Shown piece by piece: positions 32,957 to 44,034 of a stretch of 54,493 bases of DNA. How positions within the stretch are numbered: the first letter of the stretch is position 1; each line of letters opens with the position of its first letter. The notes below the pieces were generated by a model. It was given only the letters and a program-made list of their open reading frames with translations. It ran no database searches and was not told the origin of the DNA. Position numbers and translations under genes: made by a program. This stretch comes from a virus (lineage: Duplodnaviria > Caudoviricetes), in IMG/VR virus record IMGVR_UViG_3300048996_000054, positions 1-54,493 of that record; one strand, given 5' to 3'.

Positions 32957-35601
32957 AGGGCGAGCAGCAGATCCTCGCCTTCAACCGGGGGCTGATCTCC
33001 CGGCTGGCGATGGCCCGCACGGACCTGAAGCGCTATCCCATGAGTGCGCAGGAGCAGACCAACTACATGCCCCGGGTTCTGGGCAGCGCCATGCTGCGAC
33101 CTGGCATGGGGTATCTGGGCACCACCCGCAGCAACACCCGCGCCAAGATGCTGGACTTCATCTTCGCATCAGATGACACCGCGGTGCTGGAGCTCACCGA
33201 CTCCAACCTGCGCATCTGGGTGAACGACGCGCTGGTGACCCGGCAGGCTGTGACTGCGGTCTTCGCCAATGGCACCTTCGACGCCAACCTGGCCGGCTGG
33301 ACCGACATCGACCAGACCACGCAGACCATCTCGCAGTGGGTGGCCGGTGGATACATGGGCCTGTCCGGGTACGGCGACAGCTACGCCGGTCGGCGCCAGG
33401 CCGTCACCATCAACGAAGTGAACACGGTGCATGGCCTTCGGGTCGTGGTCGCCCGCGGAGAGGTCGAAGTGCTGGTTGGCGCTACGCCCGGCGGCGATGA
33501 CTACTTCCACGTCACGCTGGGGGTCGGCACCCACTCGCTGGCCTTCACCCCCACTGGCAACATCACCGTCGACATCCGTTCGTTCACCGAGTACGAGTCG
33601 CTGGTCGACTCGGTGAGCTTCGACGTGGCCGGTGTGCTGACACTGCCGACTCCATGGACCGAGGCGCTGCTGCAATACGTGCGCAAGGACCAGTCGGGCG
33701 ACGTGCTGTTCGTCTCTTGCACGGGGCTGCAGCAGCGCAGGATCGAGCGGCGCGGCGTCACCTCCTGGTCGATCGTCCTGTACGAGACCGAGAACGGGCC
33801 GTTTCGGGTGATCAACACCACCCCGGTCACGATCAGCAACACGCTCATCCGCGGCACCACCGCACTGACGGCATCGCAGCCTACCTTCAAGCTGGCGCAC
33901 GTGGGCGCCCTGTTTCGCCTGAAGTCCAACGGCCAGGACGTCGAGCGCGTGTTCGAGGCGCTGAACGAAGTGGGCGACCAGATCGTGGTAACCGGCGTGG
34001 GCGATACCCGTGAGTTCACGGTCACCATCAGCGGAGCTTTTGTCGCCACCATCACCTTGCAGCGCAGCGTAGGGGACACGGGAGTCTGGGAAGACACCGC
34101 CACCACCTATACCGCGCCTGGCACAGCCACCTTCAACGACACGCTGGACAACCAGATCATCGCCTACCGCCTGAAGTGCACCGCCTACACCAGCGGCACC
34201 AGCGACGGGCAACTGAGCTACCAGTACGGCTCCATCACCGGCGTGGTCCGCATCATCACGGTGACCAACTCGCTGGTCGCTACGGCTTCCGTGCTGAAGA
34301 CGCTGGGCAGCCTGACCGGCTCCACCACCGACTGGAACGAGGGCTGCTGGTCCGACTATCGTGGCTGGCCGTCTGCCGTGGCGCTGGACGAAGGGCGCCT
34401 GTGGTGGGCCGGCAAGGACAAGTGGTACGGCAGCGTCACCGATGACTTCCACAACTTCGACCCGGACTACGAAGGCGATGCGGCTCCCATCATCCGGTCG
34501 ATCGGATCTGGCCCGGTGGACGTCATCAACTGGCTGCTGCCCCTGCAACGCCTGCTGGCCGGCACCGACGGGTCGGTGGTCATGGGGCGCTCCAACTCCT
34601 TCGACGAGCCGCTGACCAACAGCAACTTCAACCCGAAGATCCCGCTCACGCAGGGTTCCGCGCGCATCCAGGCGCTGAAGATAGACAACACCGGGGTCTA
34701 TGTGCAGCGCGGCGGCCGGCGCATGCTGTCCATCTCGCCTTCGGCTGATGGCACCTCCAGCTACGCGGCAGAAGACCTCACGCAGCTGGTGCCCGAGGTG
34801 ACCACCACCGGGGTAGTTGCGTTCGCCATCCAGCGGCAGCCAGACACCCGCATCCATTGCGTGCTCGCTGACGGGACCGTCGCGGTGATGGTCTACGACA
34901 AGACCGAAGATGTGAAGTGCTGGATCGAAGTCGAGACGACCGGCGCCTCCGGGCTCGTGGAAGACGTGCTGGTGATGCCCGGCACTGGCGGCGAGGACGC
35001 TGTCTATTACGTGGTGAACCGCACCATCGGCGGGACGACCAAGCGCTACTTCGAACGCTGGGCGCGTGAGGACGAGTCGATCGGCGGCACGGTCAGCAAG
35101 CTGGCCGACTCCTTCGTCACCTACGACGGATCGAACCTGTCCCACCTCGAGGGTGAGGAGGTGATCGGCTGGTACAACGGCGTCGCGCTCGACCCGGTGA
35201 CCGTCAGCGGCGGGGCGGCATCTGGCATGCCGGTCGGCGCGATCGTGGGCCTGACCTACCGCGCCAGGTTCAAGAGCACGAAGCTGGCCTACGTCACCCA
35301 GCCCGGCGAGTCGGGCATGCCTTCGCGCAAGCGCCTGAACGCGCTGGCCCTGGTGCTGGCCGACACCCACCCGCAGGGTGTCCGCTACGGCCGGGACTTC
35401 GTGACCATGGACGACCTGCCGCTGCAGGAGGCCTATCAGGACGTCGACCCGGACGCGGTGTGGGAGGCCTACAACTACGAGGCGTTTTCCTTGCCAGGCG
35501 AGTGGGGCGTGGACGAGCGCCTGTGCCTGGAATCGAACGCACCCTATCCCTGCACGCTGCTGGCGGCGATCCCAGTCCTTGCTTCCAACAGCACGACATG
35601 A
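32953..35601 (+). CDS. tail tubular protein B (nozzle, T7 gp12-like)
   Basis: FNRG.IS...ARTDL..Y, G....RPG, QSGDVLF, GWPSAV...EGRLWWAG, YVQRGG, VGLTY. Confidence 0.88.
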   Translation: MKGEQQILAFNRGLISRLAMARTDLKRYPMSAQEQTNYMPRVLGSAMLRPGMGYLGTTRSNTRAKMLDFIFASDDTAVLELTDSNLRIWVNDALVTRQAVTAVFANGTFDANLAGWTDIDQTTQTISQWVAGGYMGLSGYGDSYAGRRQAVTINEVNTVHGLRVVVARGEVEVLVGATPGGDDYFHVTLGVGTHSLAFTPTGNITVDIRSFTEYESLVDSVSFDVAGVLTLPTPWTEALLQYVRKDQSGDVLFVSCTGLQQRRIERRGVTSWSIVLYETENGPFRVINTTPVTISNTLIRGTTALTASQPTFKLAHVGALFRLKSNGQDVERVFEALNEVGDQIVVTGVGDTREFTVTISGAFVATITLQRSVGDTGVWEDTATTYTAPGTATFNDTLDNQIIAYRLKCTAYTSGTSDGQLSYQYGSITGVVRIITVTNSLVATASVLKTLGSLTGSTTDWNEGCWSDYRGWPSAVALDEGRLWWAGKDKWYGSVTDDFHNFDPDYEGDAAPIIRSIGSGPVDVINWLLPLQRLLAGTDGSVVMGRSNSFDEPLTNSNFNPKIPLTQGSARIQALKIDNTGVYVQRGGRRMLSISPSADGTSSYAAEDLTQLVPEVTTTGVVAFAIQRQPDTRIHCVLADGTVAVMVYDKTEDVKCWIEVETTGASGLVEDVLVMPGTGGEDAVYYVVNRTIGGTTKRYFERWAREDESIGGTVSKLADSFVTYDGSNLSHLEGEEVIGWYNGVALDPVTVSGGAASGMPVGAIVGLTYRARFKSTKLAYVTQPGESGMPSRKRLNALALVLADTHPQGVRYGRDFVTMDDLPLQEAYQDVDPDAVWEAYNYEAFSLPGEWGVDERLCLESNAPYPCTLLAAIPVLASNSTT

Positions 35602-35954
35602 TCATCCGCCCGCTCACGATCGAAGACCTGCGCCAGTGGTGGGGTGACGTCGAACTTCAGCGCACCGTCCGTGGCTTCGCGGTGCTCGATGGCGACGAGG
35701 TCAAAGGCGTGGCAGGGCTCATGTACCTGCACAGCTCCATCGTGGCCTTCGCGGAGATGGGGGAGGACGGGCAGAAGCACCCGCTGACCATCATGCGCGT
35801 GGCGCGCGCGATGAAGGCGCTGATGCGCGGCATCGTGGCGCCGATCTTCGCGGTGGCAGACGAGCAATACCCGAATTCCGCAGGGTTCCTCAAGCACTGC
35901 GGGTTCGAGCAGGTGGTCGGTCGACAGTACGTATTCAAGAACGGAAGGGGGTAA
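35598..35954 (+). CDS. GNAT-like protein (T7 gp13 position)
   Basis: IIRPLT.EDL...N..FLKHCGF; follows the nozzle gene. Confidence 0.65.
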   Translation: MIIRPLTIEDLRQWWGDVELQRTVRGFAVLDGDEVKGVAGLMYLHSSIVAFAEMGEDGQKHPLTIMRVARAMKALMRGIVAPIFAVADEQYPNSAGFLKHCGFEQVVGRQYVFKNGRG

Positions 35955-35957
35955 GCA

Positions 35958-36455
35958 ATGGCAGTCGCTCCCATAATGCTCATGATGATGGCCAGCGCAG
36001 CGGTCACCATCATCGGCCAGCAGCAGGCCGCGAAGGCGGAACAGGTCGGGCTGGACTACCAAGCCAAGCAGATGGAGGTCAAGGCCGGCCAGGACCGCGC
36101 GACCGCGCAGCGCCAGGGCATGGAGGAGCATCGCCAAGCCCGGCTTGCCAACTCCCGCGTGCAGGCGCTGGCAGGCGGAGGCGGCGCGGACGAGAGCGTG
36201 ATGAACCTCACGGCCAACATCGCGGGCGAAGGGGAATACAACGCGCTGACGTCACTGTACGAGGGTGAGCAGAGTGCGCTCGGCCGCGAGATGCAGGGCG
36301 CAGGCCTTCGCATGGAGGGCAAGGCCAAGCGCACCGCGGCGAACTGGAAGTCGGCCAGCACCGTGATGAGCACCGCATCGTCCATGTTCGGCAGCTACGG
36401 CAGCGGGGGCTTTGGAGCTTCTGCTGGCGGTGGCGCATTCGGAAAGGGCGGCTGA
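35958..36455 (+). CDS. internal virion / ejection protein (gp14-like)
   Basis: Hydrophobic N-terminus, Ala/Gln-rich helix, Gly-rich tail. Confidence 0.7.
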   Translation: MAVAPIMLMMMASAAVTIIGQQQAAKAEQVGLDYQAKQMEVKAGQDRATAQRQGMEEHRQARLANSRVQALAGGGGADESVMNLTANIAGEGEYNALTSLYEGEQSALGREMQGAGLRMEGKAKRTAANWKSASTVMSTASSMFGSYGSGGFGASAGGGAFGKGG

Positions 36456-38587
36456 TGGCCACCATGCCGCAACTCGGCGCCCGCCGGACGCCCAAGGACA
36501 CCCGGCAGATTGCCACGGTGGACCTGTCGGCGGAAGGCCGCGCCATCGAAGGCTTCGGCAACACCGCGCTGAAGATCTCCGAGGACCTGATGAAGCAGCA
36601 GCAGCAGGAGGCCGACGCCGCTTCCGTGTTCGCTGCCCGCCGCAAGCTCGACGACTGGGAACGCTCCAACCTGTACGACTCGCAGAACGGCGCCGTGGCC
36701 AAGCTTGGGCGCGACTCCTTCGATCTGCCGACCACCATTCCCAAGTCTTTCGACGAGTTCGCCGGAAAGCTGGGCGATGGCATCACCTCGCCGCGGGCGC
36801 GCAATGCGGTGCAGGAGATGATCACCAGCCGGCGAGACCAGGCGCTGAACTTCGTGGACCGCCACACCTTCCAGCAGCGGCAGGTGTTCGAAGAGGGGCA
36901 GTTCAAGGCGGACATCGATTCCAGCCTGAACCGGGCGGCGTTGCTGATGGACGCGGGCGACAGCGCCACGTCGGCGGCCGAGGTGAAGCTGGCACAGACG
37001 CGCGCGGTGGGGTTCCTGAAGGCGCGCGGCAAGTCGGAAGAAGAGATTGCGGCGGCCACCCGCGACATCTCGAGCAAGGCCGCCATCAGCACGATCAACA
37101 TGCTGCTGGACAAGGACAAGCCCACCGAGGCAGAGAAGTACCTGCGGGAGAACGCCGGCAGCATGAAGACCGAGGACATGCTGCGTGCACAGGCTGCGGT
37201 CGGCAAGGCGGTCGATGCGCGGCAGGGCCTGGTGGTGGCGCAGACGGTGGTGGACAAGGTGCTCAAGCCCGCGGTGGCGCCTACCGACTTCGGACGCCTG
37301 CATGCCCTGGCCGGCGAGCCGGCGCCGGAGCGCCTGACCGAACTGGTGAAGATGGCGGAGTCCGGCGGCAAGCGGTACGCCAAGGACGGCGTGATCCTCA
37401 CCAGCACCAAGGGCGCCAAGGGCGAGATGCAGGTGCTCGACTCGACGAACAAGGACCCGGGCTACGGCGTGGTGCCGGCGCGCGACAACAGCCCGGACGA
37501 GCGCGCGCGCGTGGGGCGCGACTACCTGCAGGCGATGGTGCGCGAGTTCAAGGGTGACGTGCCGAAGGCCCTGGCCGCCTATAACGCTGGTCCCGGGCGG
37601 GTGCAGGACGCCATCAAGGCCGGCGGCGACAACTGGCTGGAGAAGTTGCCGGACGAGACCAAGGCCTACGTGGCGAAGATCACCAAGCAGTTCGGCGAGG
37701 GCGCCGGTGCGCCGACGCTGCCGACGCTGCAGTCGCTGCACGAGCAGGTGCGCAAAACCATCCCGCCCGACCAGCCGCAGCGCCGCAAGATCGCACTGGA
37801 CGAGGTCACCCGCCAGTACGAGGAAACGCTCAAGGCCAAGAAGCAGGGCGAGGACGAAAACATCGCCCGCGGCTACCAGTGGCTGGACCAGAACGGTGGG
37901 CGCTTCAGCCAGATGCCGGCGAACCTGCGCGCCAACATCCCAGCCAAGGACTACGACAACATGCGCAACTACGGGGTGCGCGTGGCCAAGGGCGACGACA
38001 TCACCGACCCGGTGGTGTTCCAGAAGATGGCGACGGACGACAAGTGGCTGGCCGGCCTGACGGATGCGCAGTTCTACATGCACAGCCGGCAGCTGTCGCA
38101 GTCCGACCAGCAGCAGATGGCGCTGCGCCGCGGCAAGCTCCTGAACAAGGACATCCCGGCCGGCCAGAAGCCCACGGACCTCGACGCCAACGGCGTGAAC
38201 GCCATCTTGAACAACCGCCTGCAGCAAATCGGCCTGGACCCGACCCCGAAGGACTCCAGTTCGGAAGCGCAGCGCGTGGGCGCCATCCGCAAATTCGTCT
38301 GGGATGGGGTGCTGCAGGCGCAGCAGGCCGCCGGCAAGAAGTTCAATGACGCCGAGATGAGCACGCAGATCGACAAGATGTTCGCCACCAACGTCACGTT
38401 TCAGAAGACCTTCCTGGGCTTCGCCACAGGCTCTAAGGAGTCCATGCGGCTGCTCGGTATGTCGGTGGGCGACATCCCGGGCGACGTCAAGACGGCGCTG
38501 GAGAAGGACTTCGTCGCCAACGGCATCAGCAAGCCGACCGACGCGGACTTGCTGGGCGCGTACTTCCAGCTGAGGGCCCGCAAGTGA
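36455..38587 (+). CDS. internal virion protein with lytic transglycosylase (SLT) domain
   Basis: AESGG...S.KGAKGEMQV...T; ALAAYNAGPGRV; ETKAYV. Confidence 0.88.
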   Translation: MATMPQLGARRTPKDTRQIATVDLSAEGRAIEGFGNTALKISEDLMKQQQQEADAASVFAARRKLDDWERSNLYDSQNGAVAKLGRDSFDLPTTIPKSFDEFAGKLGDGITSPRARNAVQEMITSRRDQALNFVDRHTFQQRQVFEEGQFKADIDSSLNRAALLMDAGDSATSAAEVKLAQTRAVGFLKARGKSEEEIAAATRDISSKAAISTINMLLDKDKPTEAEKYLRENAGSMKTEDMLRAQAAVGKAVDARQGLVVAQTVVDKVLKPAVAPTDFGRLHALAGEPAPERLTELVKMAESGGKRYAKDGVILTSTKGAKGEMQVLDSTNKDPGYGVVPARDNSPDERARVGRDYLQAMVREFKGDVPKALAAYNAGPGRVQDAIKAGGDNWLEKLPDETKAYVAKITKQFGEGAGAPTLPTLQSLHEQVRKTIPPDQPQRRKIALDEVTRQYEETLKAKKQGEDENIARGYQWLDQNGGRFSQMPANLRANIPAKDYDNMRNYGVRVAKGDDITDPVVFQKMATDDKWLAGLTDAQFYMHSRQLSQSDQQQMALRRGKLLNKDIPAGQKPTDLDANGVNAILNNRLQQIGLDPTPKDSSSEAQRVGAIRKFVWDGVLQAQQAAGKKFNDAEMSTQIDKMFATNVTFQKTFLGFATGSKESMRLLGMSVGDIPGDVKTALEKDFVANGISKPTDADLLGAYFQLRARK

Positions 38588-40473
38588 ACGAGGAACTGGA
38601 CACCTCCGCCGCGGTTGCCAGCTACCTGGGCGCGCGTAAGCCCGAGCAGGTGCTGCACACCAGCCTCACGCTGGCCGGCGCGGCCAACCCGGACGCAGAG
38701 GCGGAGTTTCAGCGCCTGTCCAAGGCCGCCGGCCTGCCGATCGACAGCGTGCGCGACAACGCGCCAGCCGTGAAGCAGCGCCTGGCCATGCCGGACACCG
38801 CAGACCTGGCCGCCAAGTTCCCGAGCACGACCCAGTACCTGTCCAACATCGAGAACGCGCGGATTGCGCACGACGACGTCGGGAGCCTGATCGCCATCGA
38901 GAAGGGCATTCGGTCCTTCATGAACGGCGGCGGCATGAAGAAGGAAGCGGGGCAGGCCCTCAGCTTCCTGGGCGAAGGCGTCAAGCAGATCGGTCTTGGG
39001 GCGACGGTAGGCCTGGGCGCTGGCATGTTCGACCTCGCGGCCGTCCCGATGGACATCCTCTCGACGGCGACCAGGGGCATGCTGCCGCAGGACATCCCGG
39101 GCATGCTGGCGGCCGACTACCGCGAGCGGGCCAAGCGCGCGCGCGCGGCGATGGACGAGGTGTCCCACAAGCCGGAAGGCAACGTCGCCAAGGGCTTCCA
39201 ATCCGGCTTCCGTTCGGCCGGTCAGAACCTTGCCCTGCTGCCTCTGGGCATCGCCGCCGGCACCGAAGCCATGCTGGCCGGAATGGTGGGCATGGTCGGT
39301 TCGCAGGCCTATGGCGATGCACGCGAGAAGGGCATGGCCCCGCTGGGCGCACTTACCTACGCCATCCCGCAGTCGGTCTTCGAATACGCCTTCGAAAAGC
39401 TACCCGCCAGCCGCTTGCTGGAGGACATCGCCAAGCACTCCAGCTTGGGCACCATCGTCGCTCGGCAGCTCGGGCCGGAAGTGCTGGGCGAGCAGGCCAC
39501 CACGGTGCTCCAGGACCTGAACGAGTGGGTGCGGCTGAACCCTCAGAAGACTGCACGCGAGTTCCTGGAGGAGCGACCTGGTGCTGCGATGCAGACGCTG
39601 GTGGCAACGCTGGTCGGGGTGGGCGTGCAGGGTGGCGCCGTGCGGGGTGTGCAGAAGGTCCTGGGCGGCGCTGCCGAACGCGAGGCCAGCGCCCAGCGCG
39701 CCGAAGCCTCTGCCACCCGCGCGCAGGAGTTCGCCGGCCTGGTGGAGCAGTCCAAGCTGCGCGAGCGCGATCCGCAGGCCTTCAAGCAGTTCGTCGACCA
39801 GGTTGCTGAGTCCGGCGACGCGCCGACCGAGTTCTTCATCGACGCCGAGCAGCTGGCCAACAGCCTGAACCAGTCGGCCATCTCGCTTGAGGAGTTGCGC
39901 GCGGTGGCGCCTCAGGTGGCCGCGCAACTCGAGGCTGCCCAGCACGTTCCGGGCGCCGACATCCGGGTGCCGGTGGCGGAGTTCGCCGCGGTGCCGTCAG
40001 ACATCACCACCACCCTGGTCGATCACCTGCGAGAAGCGCCGGACGCCATGAGCCGTTCCGAGGCGCAGGCCTTCATCAAGGAGCAGGGCGACCGGATCAA
40101 GCAGGACGTGGAATCCGCGCTGGGCGACGAGACGAAGCGGGCGGCGACCAAGGCGGCCACGGATGCCGTGCGCCAGCACTTCGAGGACCAGCTGAACGCC
40201 GTGGGCAAGTTCCGCCCCGAGGTGAACAAGGCCTACGCCACCCTGATGGGCAGCTTCTACGGCACGCAGGCGGAGCGCGCTGGCATGACGGCCGATGAGT
40301 TCCTGCAGCGCTACCAGCTGAAGGTGGCCAAGAAGGACGGCGCCGGTTCGCAGCGGCTGGAGCAGGCCGCTCCTCCAGCCAAGCCTGACCCGCAAAAGCA
40401 GCGGGCCATGATCGACCTGCGCAAGCGCCACAAGGTGCTGGAGTCGCTGCGCACCTGCCTGGGGGCCGCATGA
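38584..40473 (+). CDS. large ejection protein, N-terminal part
   Basis: 629 aa; Gly/Ala-rich hydrophobic core, SKLRERDPQAF motif; ends LRKRHKVLESLRTCLGAA. Confidence 0.75.
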   Translation: MNEELDTSAAVASYLGARKPEQVLHTSLTLAGAANPDAEAEFQRLSKAAGLPIDSVRDNAPAVKQRLAMPDTADLAAKFPSTTQYLSNIENARIAHDDVGSLIAIEKGIRSFMNGGGMKKEAGQALSFLGEGVKQIGLGATVGLGAGMFDLAAVPMDILSTATRGMLPQDIPGMLAADYRERAKRARAAMDEVSHKPEGNVAKGFQSGFRSAGQNLALLPLGIAAGTEAMLAGMVGMVGSQAYGDAREKGMAPLGALTYAIPQSVFEYAFEKLPASRLLEDIAKHSSLGTIVARQLGPEVLGEQATTVLQDLNEWVRLNPQKTAREFLEERPGAAMQTLVATLVGVGVQGGAVRGVQKVLGGAAEREASAQRAEASATRAQEFAGLVEQSKLRERDPQAFKQFVDQVAESGDAPTEFFIDAEQLANSLNQSAISLEELRAVAPQVAAQLEAAQHVPGADIRVPVAEFAAVPSDITTTLVDHLREAPDAMSRSEAQAFIKEQGDRIKQDVESALGDETKRAATKAATDAVRQHFEDQLNAVGKFRPEVNKAYATLMGSFYGTQAERAGMTADEFLQRYQLKVAKKDGAGSQRLEQAAPPAKPDPQKQRAMIDLRKRHKVLESLRTCLGAA

Positions 40474-40796
40474 CACTGGAAGAACAGGTAACCGCGCTGC
40501 GCATGCAGGTCGACGAGATCGGCCAGCAATACGCCGAGGTGCTCGAGCGTATGGAGCAGATGCAGGCCGCCATGGCCGAGCAATTCCAGCAGGCACTGAC
40601 CGCCATGCGGGCGCAGCCGGGGCCGCAGGTCACGGTCACGCCGGAATTCAACGTGCCGCAGGCGATGGCGCCGGTGGTGCAGGTCGCCGCACCGGTGATC
40701 GAGATGCCGGACAACAAGGGCGCCACATGGGAGATCGCCATGCCAGGATTCAATGGTGGCCCGCCCCGGGTGGCATTCGTGAAGCGGACGAACTGA
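40470..40796 (+). CDS. coiled-coil plus Pro/Val-rich protein (possible fibre adaptor)
   Basis: Heptad N-terminus; PQVTVTPEFNVP..APVVQVAAPV. Confidence 0.65.
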   Translation: MTLEEQVTALRMQVDEIGQQYAEVLERMEQMQAAMAEQFQQALTAMRAQPGPQVTVTPEFNVPQAMAPVVQVAAPVIEMPDNKGATWEIAMPGFNGGPPRVAFVKRTN

Positions 40797-40797
40797 G

Positions 40798-43700
40798 ATG
40801 GCAACCATCACCAGCGCGGCCAGCGGCCTGGCCAGTGCAACCGGAACTTGGGTTGGCGGTGTCGTGCCTGTCGAAGGAGACCGCGTCATCATCGCCGCCG
40901 GTCACACAGTCACCATCGACGGAACGTTCACCTGGGGCGATGACACGGTAGGAACGAACGGCGGCAACCCGGCTGCGGCCGGCGGAGTCTGCGCCATCAA
41001 CATCATCGGCACGCTCAAGGCGTCGCGCACGGTCAACTCGTCCCTTACGGTGAAGGGCGGCATCCTCACCGGCTACGCCACCCAGGGCATGGACTACGGC
41101 ACCGAGGCCGACCCGATCCCAGACGGCATCACCGCGGAACTGGTGCTGAACAAGGCCACTACGCCTGCAGTGCGACTTGCGCTGGTGCAGCGGGTCGGCG
41201 CATCTGGCGCGGGCAACTACATACTGTGGACCTTCTGTGGCGCGGACGTGCGCACGCGCGGCGTCACGCTCGCCGCCGACGCCGCCGCCGGGGCCACCAG
41301 CCTGACCCTCACCAGCAGCTCGCATGGATGGAAGGTGGGCGACACCATCATCCTGCCCAACACCACGGACGCGAGTGCCGTCGATCAGTGCGAGGAACGG
41401 GTACTCACCAGTGTCGCGGGCGCGACGATCGGCTGGACCACTGGACTAACCTACGCTCACAAGGCCGGCGCGCCAGCGGTGAACCTCACGAACAACGTGG
41501 TTGTGCGCTCGTTCAATGAGGTGGCCAACCAAACCGCTCGGTTGGATTTCGCTTACCCCAACAGCGGGGGCAACAACGCCACCCTGGGTGTCAGGCTGAT
41601 TGCGTCGAACGCCACGTTCAAGAATTTGGGAGGCACGAGCGCCAACGCCGGGCCGTTCTTTAGCTCTGGTGGCGCCACCTCGGCGTTCACCCAAGAGGCA
41701 CGCTTCAACAAGTGCGTGTTCTACAACAGCGTGCAGGCCAACGCGGTGTTCGCATTCGCCGCCCCAGTGCCGATCCAGTACACCGACTGCGCATTGGTCG
41801 GCCCGACTGCCAGCACATTCCAGTGGGGTGCAGGTGTCACCGTCACCATTCAGGGTGGGTATCACTTCGCTGGAGTGCTACTCACTTCCGGCACCGCCGG
41901 ATGCAGCGGCGACAGCCTGTTCGTGTGCATGCGCAACCCGAACGGCCCAACGGCGTCGGGTGCTGCTGGCATGACGATCACCAACAGCACGTTCTGCGGG
42001 CGCGCAACTGAGTTCGGCCAGCGCAGTCTGAGTTCGGAACAGAACACCGTTCTCAACAACTGCGACCTTGGCTCGACGTTCGGGTGGTCCAGAGGCTCGG
42101 CCACCGACAATTTCTACCGCTTCGGCGCGGACACCGCATTCCAGCAATGCAAGCACACGCTGACCGACTGCTTGGTGCATTCGGCCCTCAGCACGCCATA
42201 CTCCGTCGAGTCCACCATCGCCATGCAAGGCGATGGCTTCGCGCTGACATTCATCAACAAAAATCGGGACGTCACAGCCCAGGAGATTTACACCCGGCGC
42301 GCAGCCTTCAAGCGCGACAACAGCGTGCGCACCCGCAGCAACGCGGCCATCAGCATCAAGCCCTACGCGGTTAGTGTCCCGGCCACACGAACGCTAAGCA
42401 TTGCCTGCCCCGCAGGCCAGAGCATCACGGTTGTGGGCTACGTGCGCGTCGACTCGTCCTTCTACAACGGTGGGTCGTGGACGCCGCCGACTGTGAGCCT
42501 TTCCGGCCTGACCGCGGTCACGCAGACGTTCACGGCCAGCGCCGCCGCCAATGGCGCGTGGGAAAAGTACACGCTGACCATCACCAACGGCACTGCCAAT
42601 GACGGCAACTTCACCCTGACTTACACAGCGACGGCAGCAGCAGTGACCACAGGCACGGCCTACTTCGACGGCGTGCCGGACTCGCCATTCGTCACGGCCT
42701 GCCGCCACTACGGCTTCACCTTCGATGAGGCCAACCCGGTGCGCGCGGTGAACCCGTACACCGTGGTGGCCGAAGCGACTGCCGCGGCCTACACGGGGGC
42801 GACCTTCAACACAGGCACCAAGCGCTTGACGTTCGGCGCCGGCACCATCGACACGTTCGCCAAGCTCTACGACTACTCGCAGGCATGGGGCGTGACGGCG
42901 ATCAGCGGAGCCACCTACACCACCATGCCGTGGACCCGCGCAGGCGGTCTGCTGTCCCTCTCCACCGGCTGGACAGTGGTGGACCCGGCCATCACCGGCA
43001 TGACCTGGGGCGGAGGCATCATCGAGTTCAACAGCATCGGCGCGAAGGGCGGCAGCTACGACGCCTGCACCATCAACTTCAAGGCGGCCGGCGCCTTCAA
43101 CATGGCCGACGCCATCCTCACCAGCTCGGTGAACCTGGTGAACACCTCCGGCGGCGCGGTCACGGTGCAGTTGTCTGCCGATGCCAGCTACACCAACACC
43201 GGCCCGAACATCACCGTGGTACTGCCGCAGGTGACCCAGAGCGTGACCATCTCCGGAGTGGTCGTGGGCTCGCGCGTGCAGGTGTACGACCTGACCAACA
43301 GCGTCGAACTGCTGAACACGGTGGCCGTGGCAACGACAGTCGACTGGACGGATTCGGTGGCAGCGACGGCCGACCGCGACATCCGGGTCCGCATTGCCTA
43401 TGCTTCCGGCCCCACCGGCTACGAGTTTCTGGAGGCCGAGGTCGGTACCTGTGGCACGACTGACACGACTGCCGCGGTGACCTATCTCGCCAGCCAGCAG
43501 GCCGATGCGGTCTACAACACCAACGCCATCGACGGTTCCACAGTGACCGGCATCACCATCGACGATTCCACCGACCGGGTGAGCATCAACATCGGCGGTG
43601 GCAGCGTGACCTGGCCGCAGATCTACGCCTATCAGTGCCACTGGAACCAGACCGAGGATGGCATCCGAGACGATGCGGCGATCATCACGGCGCCCGACAC

Positions 43701-44034
43701 GGCCAACTACCTGCTGGTCGGTTTCAAGGTCAAGAACACCAGCGCCACCCCGCTGACGATCACCGGCGGGTACGGACGCGATGCCACGACCGGCACCGTG
43801 CTGGACGTGATGGACACCACCGGAGGCTTCATCTTCCCGGCGCCGGATCACGTGGTTCCGTTCTCGGTCGGCTCCGGTCTGACGGCAGGTGAGCAGGCGC
43901 AACTCGCCACCGCCGCCACGGTCGCCGGCCTGCTGTCGTTCACCGGTGGTGCTGTGGACGCGAACATAGCGATGGTCAAGGGTCAGGAGGTCGGCGGCAG
44001 CGGCACCAGCGACGACCCGTGGGGACCTGGCTGA
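40798..44034 (+). CDS. 1078-aa G8 / beta-helix / CBM-like fibre or adhesin
   Basis: TWVGGVVP..GD.VIIAAGHTVTID (G8-like); GWKVGDTIIL...EER....V.G..I.....LTYAH; WEKYTLT...YFDG; ends GSGTSDDPWGP. Confidence 0.7.
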   Translation: MATITSAASGLASATGTWVGGVVPVEGDRVIIAAGHTVTIDGTFTWGDDTVGTNGGNPAAAGGVCAINIIGTLKASRTVNSSLTVKGGILTGYATQGMDYGTEADPIPDGITAELVLNKATTPAVRLALVQRVGASGAGNYILWTFCGADVRTRGVTLAADAAAGATSLTLTSSSHGWKVGDTIILPNTTDASAVDQCEERVLTSVAGATIGWTTGLTYAHKAGAPAVNLTNNVVVRSFNEVANQTARLDFAYPNSGGNNATLGVRLIASNATFKNLGGTSANAGPFFSSGGATSAFTQEARFNKCVFYNSVQANAVFAFAAPVPIQYTDCALVGPTASTFQWGAGVTVTIQGGYHFAGVLLTSGTAGCSGDSLFVCMRNPNGPTASGAAGMTITNSTFCGRATEFGQRSLSSEQNTVLNNCDLGSTFGWSRGSATDNFYRFGADTAFQQCKHTLTDCLVHSALSTPYSVESTIAMQGDGFALTFINKNRDVTAQEIYTRRAAFKRDNSVRTRSNAAISIKPYAVSVPATRTLSIACPAGQSITVVGYVRVDSSFYNGGSWTPPTVSLSGLTAVTQTFTASAAANGAWEKYTLTITNGTANDGNFTLTYTATAAAVTTGTAYFDGVPDSPFVTACRHYGFTFDEANPVRAVNPYTVVAEATAAAYTGATFNTGTKRLTFGAGTIDTFAKLYDYSQAWGVTAISGATYTTMPWTRAGGLLSLSTGWTVVDPAITGMTWGGGIIEFNSIGAKGGSYDACTINFKAAGAFNMADAILTSSVNLVNTSGGAVTVQLSADASYTNTGPNITVVLPQVTQSVTISGVVVGSRVQVYDLTNSVELLNTVAVATTVDWTDSVAATADRDIRVRIAYASGPTGYEFLEAEVGTCGTTDTTAAVTYLASQQADAVYNTNAIDGSTVTGITIDDSTDRVSINIGGGSVTWPQIYAYQCHWNQTEDGIRDDAAIITAPDTANYLLVGFKVKNTSATPLTITGGYGRDATTGTVLDVMDTTGGFIFPAPDHVVPFSVGSGLTAGEQAQLATAATVAGLLSFTGGAVDANIAMVKGQEVGGSGTSDDPWGPG